Shown one piece after another: positions 57,693 to 64,000 of a DNA stretch of 64,000 nucleotides; positions within the stretch are counted from its first letter, which is position 1, and each line of letters opens with the position of its first letter. Location of the stretch: contig JBDKTL010000024.1 in assembly GCA_039698055.1 (NCBI GenBank), positions 4,264 to 68,263 on the forward strand. The letters run 5' to 3'. The notes beneath the pieces were generated by a model. That model was not told where the DNA came from. It did not search any database and saw only the letters and a program-made list of their open reading frames with translations. Source of the DNA: Methanoregula sp. (lineage in GTDB: Archaea; Halobacteriota; Methanomicrobia; Methanomicrobiales; Methanospirillaceae). Made by a program: the position numbers and the translations under genes.

Positions 57693-57767
57693 TGGGCCTG
57701 ATGCGATTCGAACGCATGACCGCCCGGTTATGAGCCGGGCGCTCTAACCGGACTGAGCTACAGGCCC
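57693..57767 (-). tRNA. tRNA with CAU anticodon (Met by anticodon; probably agmatidine-dependent tRNA-Ile2)
   Basis: The minus strand reads GGGCCUGUAGCUCAGUCCGGUUAGAGCGCCCGGCUCAUAACCGGGCGGUCAUGCGUUCGAAUCGCAUCAGGCCCA. Its anticodon arm and T-arm are nearly identical to tRNA-Ile(GAU) at 45323. Confidence 0.85.
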
Positions 57768-57772
57768 AAAAA

Positions 57773-57845
57773 CGCCGCCAACAGGGCTCGAACCTGTGAC
57801 ATTCGGATTAACAGTCCGACACTCTACCAACTGAGTTATGGCGGC
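57773..57845 (-). tRNA. tRNA-Asn (anticodon GUU)
   Basis: The minus strand reads GCCGCCAUAACUCAGUUGGUAGAGUGUCGGACUGUUAAUCCGAAUGUCACAGGUUCGAGCCCUGUUGGCGGCG. Confidence 0.9.
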
Positions 57846-57975
57846 AAATTCCCTGTGCCTTAATAGATTCTTTGTGAGTCTTTTTAAAGGTAACCTATGG
57901 ATGTGGCAGAGAACAAAGGACAAATGTGCTCTCCGCATCCAGGATGTTTTATACAAAATGCGGGTATGGGTCATA

Positions 57976-58260
57976 TCAGGATTTTTTCATCGCATCAAGG
58001 AGATTGATGAGATCATCAAGATCCTCGTTGAGATGTGCAAACAACTCCACCGTGCGTTTTGTTGCTACCGCACCATCCGTTGAAGCGCGGATATACCCCA
58101 GCTGCTCCAGCACATGAAGCGAGTACCGTATCCGGTGAGAGGGTAGATCAAGAAGCTCGGATAGTTTCATGATCCCAATCGGCTGGTGTTCTGTCACAGC
58201 CCGTGCTACGTCAAGATGTCGGCTCAATAGTTCGATCTCCTCCTTCATCTTGTCAAGCAT
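57976..58260 (-). CDS. Small winged-helix transcriptional regulator
   Basis: 94 aa. IGIMKLSELLDLPSHRIRYSLHVLEQLGYI is a wHTH pattern. Confidence 0.55.
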   Translation of the reverse strand: MLDKMKEEIELLSRHLDVARAVTEHQPIGIMKLSELLDLPSHRIRYSLHVLEQLGYIRASTDGAVATKRTVELFAHLNEDLDDLINLLDAMKKS

Positions 58261-58282
58261 GATCTCTCACCGAAGTCCGGCA

Positions 58283-58531
58283 TTACGTATTTTTAGATTT
58301 ACTTCCATGCTCTTCAAGCCATGCTTTTACCGCGTAGTATTTTTCCCTGAAATTCCACGTAAGAACTGCTGCAAGGATCAGCATCACGACAATTGCGGCA
58401 ATGCGATACGGATTTGGCATGAGAAAAAATGCGATGACCGAGAGGGCTACCAGCATAATGATGATGTTAAGCTGAACGGCGAGTCGGTAAAACGTCCACT
58501 TGAACTGGTTTTTGGCAGTATCATCCATCAC
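58283..58531 (-). CDS. Small two-TM membrane protein
   Basis: 82 aa with two hydrophobic helices (LNIIIMLVALSVIAFFL, IAAIVVMLILAAVL). Lies 22 nt upstream of the wHTH gene on the same strand. Confidence 0.4.
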   Translation of the reverse strand: MMDDTAKNQFKWTFYRLAVQLNIIIMLVALSVIAFFLMPNPYRIAAIVVMLILAAVLTWNFREKYYAVKAWLEEHGSKSKNT

Positions 58532-58587
58532 TCGTACCTCAACTTTGGAATAAAAGTACTTGACGTTTCACGTACATATGATGATGA

Positions 58588-59715
58588 ATGGATGCACTTG
58601 ACGCTGCGATAAAAAAATGCGGTGCGGATGCGTTTGTCCTTTACGCCTCATCAGATGAGGCTGATATGCGCTATCTCACCCGGGTAATTATGCATGATCC
58701 GTTCGTCTTTTTCAAACGGGTAAAGCAGCCCGCGACCATTATCACCTCTCAGATGGAGGCCGAGCGCGCCTCCCACGAATCACCGGTTGCGGTCATAACA
58801 AGAACACAGGCAGGTCTTCTGGATATTATCAAAAAGGAAAAAAATCCATGGAGAGCAACAGCACACATGATCGCGGGGCAGACCGGGAAAAAAATACTGG
58901 TATCACCGACATTTCCCGCGGCGCTTGTCCGTGCGCTTGAAGAAATAGCCACCGTTTTTGTTGATGACGGCACGATAGAAAAGATGCGGGCAATAAAAAC
59001 AAAAGACGAGATCCATTTGATAAAAAACGTTCAGAAAAACACGGAACGCGCGATGGCACTGGGCGTCACCCTTATCCGTAAGGCACAGGTCAAAAAAGGC
59101 ATTCTTTACCGGGATGGCAAACCTCTCACTTCAGAATCCGTGAGAACGGCGATGCAAACACAACTCATGGGCGCCGGGTGCCGGGCCGCCGAGACAATTG
59201 TATCCTGCGGCATGGATACGGCACTTCCCCATGTAATCGGTACCGGACACCTTCTGGCAAATGAACCAATCGTCATCGATATGTTCCCCAAAGATGAAGG
59301 GACTGGGTATTTTGCCGACATGACACGTACAGTTTCGAAAGGAGCACCGGACCAGAAGCTTATTGAGATGTACGCGGCAGTCCGGGATGCACAGGCACTG
59401 GCGATCTCCCGAATCCATGCGGGCGTGCCCGGTTCAGAGATCCACCAGTCTGTTGTAGACCTGTTCAAAGACAGGGGATACGAGAGCAACACGACAGGAT
59501 TTGTCCACAATCTCGGGCACGGCGTCGGGCTGCAGGTCCATGAACTCCCCACAGTCGGCCTGACTGGGCCCACTCTCAAAGCGGGTCACGTCATTACCGT
59601 CGAACCCGGACTCTATTATCCCGGAATTGGGGGCGTCCGGCTTGAAGATATGGGTGCAGTTACCGCAAGAGGATTCTCCAATTTCACCACGTTTCCCGAG
59701 GAATTAATTATATGA
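58588..59715 (+). CDS. pepQ: M24 family Xaa-Pro aminopeptidase/dipeptidase
   Basis: Creatinase-like N-domain plus pita-bread motifs DMFPKDEGTGYFADMTRT, HNLGHGVGLQVHE and VITVEPGLY. Confidence 0.85.
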   Translation: MDALDAAIKKCGADAFVLYASSDEADMRYLTRVIMHDPFVFFKRVKQPATIITSQMEAERASHESPVAVITRTQAGLLDIIKKEKNPWRATAHMIAGQTGKKILVSPTFPAALVRALEEIATVFVDDGTIEKMRAIKTKDEIHLIKNVQKNTERAMALGVTLIRKAQVKKGILYRDGKPLTSESVRTAMQTQLMGAGCRAAETIVSCGMDTALPHVIGTGHLLANEPIVIDMFPKDEGTGYFADMTRTVSKGAPDQKLIEMYAAVRDAQALAISRIHAGVPGSEIHQSVVDLFKDRGYESNTTGFVHNLGHGVGLQVHELPTVGLTGPTLKAGHVITVEPGLYYPGIGGVRLEDMGAVTARGFSNFTTFPEELII

Positions 59716-60587
59716 ATGAAGATATCTTTGAAAAATACCGTGCGGCAGGCATACTTGCAGCAAAAATTCTTAAATTTGGCGCACAGGAAATCCGCGTTGG
59801 CGTCTCCTATCTTGAATTTGTTGAATCTATAGAAACCCGGGTAAAAGAGGAGGGCGCGGATCTTGCATTCCCGCTGAATGTGTCACTGAATGAAGATGCA
59901 GCGCACGATACTGCATCTACCGGGGATACACGGGTTTTTTCCAGAGGCGATGTCGTAAAACTCGATCTTGGTGTTCAGATAGACGGGTACATCGCTGATA
60001 CGGCAACCACCGTGGACCTTGGCAACAATACAAATCTCATCGAAGCATCCCGCCAGGCGCTGGATGCCGCAATAAAAAAAGTCAGACCCGGCGTTACCGC
60101 GGGGGAACTGGGTGCGGCAATCCAGTGTGGGATTGTGAGTCGGGGGTACCGCCCTGTCTCAAACCTCACGGGTCATGGACTGGACCAGTTCGTCGTCCAC
60201 AAACCACCAACCATCCCCAATATTGCAATAAATGGTGGGGTGATCATTGAGGAGGGAATGGTCTTTGCGATCGAGCCGTTCGCAACCACCGGAAGCGGGC
60301 ATGTCAATGAGAAAAGTCGGATGGAGATCTACTCGCAAATTGCGCATAAACCTGTCAGAATCCCGTCTGCCCGGGCAGTCATCGAGAATATTCAGGATCG
60401 CAGGGGATTACCCTTTGCCCGCCGCTGGCTCATGGACAAAAAAATGGATTTCGCACTTGCCGGATTGGTCCGGGCTCAGGTGCTGACAGTCTACCCGGTA
60501 TTATCGGATATTGCAGGTTCTCTTGTGTCACAACATGAGCATACGATGATCGTGACTGAAGATGGCTGCATCGTGACCACCCGCTGA
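59712..60587 (+). CDS. map: Methionine aminopeptidase, type 2 (archaeal)
   Basis: 291 aa. FPLNVSLNEDAAHD, DLGVQIDGYIADTA, GHGLDQF, FAIEPFAT and EHTMIVTEDG motifs. ATGA overlap with pepQ. Confidence 0.9.
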   Translation: MNEDIFEKYRAAGILAAKILKFGAQEIRVGVSYLEFVESIETRVKEEGADLAFPLNVSLNEDAAHDTASTGDTRVFSRGDVVKLDLGVQIDGYIADTATTVDLGNNTNLIEASRQALDAAIKKVRPGVTAGELGAAIQCGIVSRGYRPVSNLTGHGLDQFVVHKPPTIPNIAINGGVIIEEGMVFAIEPFATTGSGHVNEKSRMEIYSQIAHKPVRIPSARAVIENIQDRRGLPFARRWLMDKKMDFALAGLVRAQVLTVYPVLSDIAGSLVSQHEHTMIVTEDGCIVTTR

Positions 60588-60631
60588 GATAATTATATTC
60601 ATCTTTGCGACGAATTGTAAAGGTTATAGCC

Positions 60632-61906
60632 ATGTCTGGTGATTCTGATAGCCTTCAAATAATGGAAATCCTTCTGACTGCTGAAATATTCAATCAGAAC
60701 CCGGAGCTCGATATTAATGATCTGACACCTGCGTGTCGGGAAATATTCTGCTCGGCCGGGGCAAAAGACGTCAAACGACCAGTCTTTGTGAGCGACGGAC
60801 TGATCAAACGTTCCCTGAATATTGCAGATGCACACCTGAAAGTTTCCACCAATCCGTTTGTTGCGTATGAGGATTTTGGACAGCGTCTCCGGATCACCAC
60901 GCTGACACCAGCTTCAGAGTGGTTTCTCAATCGGGGGGGCAGGGAATATATCGAAAAAAATCCGACTCTTGCATTTTTCTTTGAGGGTGTGGATTCAACG
61001 GGCATTACCTATGACGCCGTCCGTCGTCTCAATCCGCCCTATGAAGATACCAAAGCATTCCTTGACGCAAAAATTTCCAAGCTCATCAGCGAAGATGAAA
61101 AACTGCGCGGCGCTCTTGACCTTGTGATTGTCAGTTCTCCCGAAGAAGTGGATCAGCAGATGGAGGATCTCATCTGCACTGCAGAGCAGACCGCCATTAT
61201 TGGCAAGATCCATCATGCACTTCACCACCGGGAATTTTTAAACACTCACAAGATATTCGAAGTGGGAAAACTCCTTTTTGTCGGACCGCCCGGGACGGGG
61301 AAAACATCTCTTGCCCTCGCAATGTCGCATTCCATGCACATGCCAATTCTTGAAGTGCGATTATCGATGATCACCTCTCAGTACCTCGGTGAAACCTCAA
61401 AAAACATCGATAAAATCTTTGATTTGGCCAAGAGTCTCTCCCCGGCAATTCTCTTCATCGATGAATTTGATTTCGTCGCGAAAAGCCGGGTTGGCGATGA
61501 TCATGGGGCAATGAAACGAGCCGTCAATGCGCTCCTGAAAAATATCGATAAGATCAGCCTGATTAAAAACGGTGTGATTTTGATCGCAGCGACTAACCAC
61601 CCCCAGCTTCTTGATGAAGCTGCGTGGCGGCGATTCGACGAAGTGGTCGAATTCTCCCTGCCAAATGAAGAGATGCGAAAAGAGATCTTAAGAAAAGTTA
61701 CCTCTTTGATGAAATGCACATGCGATTTCCAGGAACTTGCCGCGCAGACAGAGGGTTTTTCGGGTGCAGATATCCGGCTCACCATTAAAGAGGCGTTGCT
61801 CTCCGCACTCATCGACAAGCGCGAGACCATCGAGCGCATTGATATTGACAAAGGCATCCGCATGGTTCGAAACCGTGAAGCAATCCGTAACCTGAACTGG
61901 TTGTAG
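60632..61906 (+). CDS. AAA+ ATPase (classic-clade single AAA module) with an uncharacterised ~210-aa N-terminal domain
   Basis: Walker A LLFVGPPGTGKTS, Walker B ILFIDEFD, second region of homology ATNHPQLLDEAAWRRFD. ATG at 60632 chosen; the track start at 60605 is TTG. Confidence 0.8.
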   Translation: MSGDSDSLQIMEILLTAEIFNQNPELDINDLTPACREIFCSAGAKDVKRPVFVSDGLIKRSLNIADAHLKVSTNPFVAYEDFGQRLRITTLTPASEWFLNRGGREYIEKNPTLAFFFEGVDSTGITYDAVRRLNPPYEDTKAFLDAKISKLISEDEKLRGALDLVIVSSPEEVDQQMEDLICTAEQTAIIGKIHHALHHREFLNTHKIFEVGKLLFVGPPGTGKTSLALAMSHSMHMPILEVRLSMITSQYLGETSKNIDKIFDLAKSLSPAILFIDEFDFVAKSRVGDDHGAMKRAVNALLKNIDKISLIKNGVILIAATNHPQLLDEAAWRRFDEVVEFSLPNEEMRKEILRKVTSLMKCTCDFQELAAQTEGFSGADIRLTIKEALLSALIDKRETIERIDIDKGIRMVRNREAIRNLNWL

Positions 61907-61907
61907 G

Positions 61908-62630
61908 ATGAAACTCACGCTGCTTGGAACCGGGGATGCAATCGGGACACCCAAGGTGGGGTGCGACTGCCCCCAGTGCGCCCGTGCCAAAAAAACCGGT
62001 GTAACACGGTTGCGCACATCCCTTCTTCTCGAAAATGAGGGGCGGCATATCCTGATCGATACTTCTCCCGATCTCCGCCAGCAACTGCTCCGCCATGGTT
62101 CACCGCATATCGATGCCGTTATCTGGACTCATGGACACTACGATCATTTTACCGGATTTGGCGAGTTCTATCGTGTGCAAAACATCCCCCCGGTATTTGC
62201 AGCAGCCCCGGTGCTGAACTATTGTGCAGAGGCGTTCCGGTTTCTGTCCTTTGAAAAATTTACCGTAGAACCCTACCAGCCGTTTGAGCTTTTTGGAGTT
62301 TCCATCACTCCGTTTCTCGTCCGACACCCCCCCGCGTTTACAACAGGGTTCGTGTTTGAATCCGGGGGTGCTCGTATTGGGTTTACCTCTGATACTAATG
62401 CTGATATTCCGGAGAGCAGTCTTGACCTGCTTAAAAATTGCGATCTGTTGCTCCTCGATGCACTTGTCCCTTCATCAACCCACGTCTATAAACACATGAA
62501 CTATCTTGAGGCATGTACCCTTGCCGAACGACTCAAACCAAAAGAATACCGGTGCACCCATATCAGTCATCTGATGCCATGGGAATACCCGCACCTCTCA
62601 AGCGACGGGGATGTTTTTGAATTCCCGTAA
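61908..62630 (+). CDS. MBL-fold metallo-hydrolase (PhnP-like)
   Basis: MKLTLLGTGDAIGTP, CDCPQC, and the WTHGHYDH (HxHxDH) motif; 240 aa. Starts 1 nt after the AAA ATPase stop. Confidence 0.8.
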   Translation: MKLTLLGTGDAIGTPKVGCDCPQCARAKKTGVTRLRTSLLLENEGRHILIDTSPDLRQQLLRHGSPHIDAVIWTHGHYDHFTGFGEFYRVQNIPPVFAAAPVLNYCAEAFRFLSFEKFTVEPYQPFELFGVSITPFLVRHPPAFTTGFVFESGGARIGFTSDTNADIPESSLDLLKNCDLLLLDALVPSSTHVYKHMNYLEACTLAERLKPKEYRCTHISHLMPWEYPHLSSDGDVFEFP

Positions 62631-62722
62631 GAAAAAATCACATCTTTTAATGAGGGCAGATGTTCTTACATGGTGATTTCTACCCATACTTTAATAGTTT
62701 ACAGGTGCCCAAACATAGGTGC

Positions 62723-62995
62723 ATGATTGTAAAAGTACTTGAGCTCGAAAAAGACAAGGCACGAATTGTCATCCAAGGAGAGGGTCACACATTTATGAAC
62801 GCCCTTGTCGATGAGATCGTGAGTGATCCTGATGTAGATGTCGCAAAATACGTTATCGAGTTCCAATTCTCAGATCCTGAATTGCTCGTTACAACAAAAG
62901 GCAAGAAAAATCCGCTCACTGTCATCAAAAAGGCATGCAAACGGATTTCTGGGCATTGCGACGAGCTCTTGAAAGGTCTTTCAAAACGTAAGTAA
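62723..62995 (+). CDS. rpoL: DNA-directed RNA polymerase subunit L (Rpo11)
   Basis: MIVKVLELEKDKARIVIQGEGHTFMNALVDEI matches the canonical RpoL N-terminus; 90 aa. The track extension from 62660 is unlikely. Confidence 0.85.
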   Translation: MIVKVLELEKDKARIVIQGEGHTFMNALVDEIVSDPDVDVAKYVIEFQFSDPELLVTTKGKKNPLTVIKKACKRISGHCDELLKGLSKRK

Positions 62996-63258
62996 CTCTT
63001 TTTTACCAATATCTTTTTGATCGTTTTTTTGTTTTCATCTGTTAATAGAATTAAACGTGGAAAAATCTGCCCGTTACGAGTGTTCACTATCGTCATAATG
63101 GAGTATGCCCCCCATACACACAAAAACAGGATCCGGGGAATGAGTGGTGTGTTGAAGCAGAGGGGAGTGTAAAAGAGTTTACCCAAGTAGAGACGGTTAG
63201 ACAACGATTAAAAAAAGGATTTGCGGAGATCTACCCAGATCCGGTGCCCAAAATTAGA

Positions 63259-63876
63259 TTATTCTGTGGCTCGTTCGGTAAAGACAATTGAACCGGAGAT
63301 GCGGGAGATCTTGATTTTCACACTCTGTCCCGGTTTTGCGTTTGCCACGTACATGATGTAACGACCCATCTTTACCACACCATCGCCACGTTTGGAGATC
63401 GACTGGATCTCAACATCCATAACCTGACCTTCCTCAAGTGTTTCAGATACCGGTTCGCTGCGGACTTTTCGCTTCCGGACCGGACGGTGCCCACCACAGG
63501 CATCGCAGCGCAGGAGAAGGATCCGGTCATCCTTGACAAGGCGTGTATCTGGTTTCCCGCATTCAGAGCAGATGACATAATCATCAACATAACTTTTAAT
63601 GATCATCTTCACGAGCGAGATCTCAAATTTACCGTTGAAAATTGCACGGTTGCCATCGATTTTACCCGATGTTCCCATCTCACCGAGCATATATTTCATC
63701 ATGTGATCTTTATCGCGGCGGACAGTGTCAGCGATCTCGGTAAAATTCTCTAATATGGTCGTTTTACCTTCGATATACGCTTTCACCTCGGGAACGACAA
63801 AACGTTCAGATGACTCCGTCTTCTCGGAGATATGGGAATACGCACTTTTTAAGAGATCTTCATACGGGTCCGTCAT
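63259..63876 (-). CDS. eif2b: Translation initiation factor aIF-2 beta with C-terminal TRAM domain
   Basis: The aIF2beta core has the zinc ribbon CSECGKPDT...CDACG. The C-terminal ~60 aa ([50 protein letters not shown]) is TRAM-like. Confidence 0.85.
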   Translation of the reverse strand: MTDPYEDLLKSAYSHISEKTESSERFVVPEVKAYIEGKTTILENFTEIADTVRRDKDHMMKYMLGEMGTSGKIDGNRAIFNGKFEISLVKMIIKSYVDDYVICSECGKPDTRLVKDDRILLLRCDACGGHRPVRKRKVRSEPVSETLEEGQVMDVEIQSISKRGDGVVKMGRYIMYVANAKPGQSVKIKISRISGSIVFTERATE

Positions 63877-64000
63877 AATTGTATAATATAAATGCGCCGC
63901 CGATGTAAAAAGGGTTTCCCAGCACCATTTTGCTATCCCCCCATACCGGCCTGATTCCCAGTGGTGTTTAAAATATGAACCAACATAACAGGGACAGGCA

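Noticed and set aside
62660-62722. N-terminal extension of rpoL (MFLHGDFYPYFNSLQVPKHRC).
   Set aside because: Canonical Rpo11/L proteins begin at the MIVKVLE.. equivalent, and that internal ATG is preceded by AGGTG. The extension has no counterpart that I know of.

Overview
The window is a chromosomal segment from a hydrogenotrophic methanogen, probably Methanomicrobiales-like. The evidence is mtd, mer, an MfnE-like kinase, Tfx, NrpR, e-type ribosomal proteins and a PGF-CTERM S-layer protein. About 17 kb on the minus strand (2604-17280) is the classical archaeal ribosomal protein supercluster. Its order is rpl3-rpl4-rpl23-rpl2-rps19-rpl22-rps3-rpl29-rnp1-rps17-rpl14-rpl24-rps4e-rpl5-rps14-rps8-rpl6-rpl32e-rpl19e-rpl18-rps5-rpl30-rpl15-secY-adk-DUF106-cmk, with many 1-8 nt start/stop overlaps. 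The rest is mostly housekeeping: mtd, mer, deoA (AMP phosphorylase), thyA, the nop5-flpA C/D RNP genes, hemD, cbf5, iorAB, nadX-nadC, EF-1beta, mdh, pepQ, map, rpoL and aIF2beta. I found several features the ORF track cannot show: six tRNA genes, an SRP (7S) RNA, a 51-aa rps14, a 53-aa zinc-ribbon gene and a truncated Lys-rich gene at the left edge. Several ORF-track starts are GTG/TTG extensions; I moved these to internal ATGs that have Shine-Dalgarno-like motifs. I see no defence island, mobile element or CRISPR array, and no compelling multi-gene novel system. The most unusual items are listed below.
- A ~550-nt structured, non-coding leader or ncRNA upstream of rpl3.
- A divergent FtsZ/tubulin-like protein with a ~370-aa disordered tail.
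- A phased ~32-bp A/T-tract plus GATCG repeat array downstream of the S-layer gene.
- A cell-surface gene pair combining Ig-like, vWA-like and PEGA-like domains.
- A neighbourhood with a membrane-anchored OB-fold protein, two HTH regulators and an LTD-PLD protein.
- A tightly coupled AAA+ ATPase and MBL-fold hydrolase pair.
All functional calls rest on my recognition of motifs in the translated ORFs. No database search was run.
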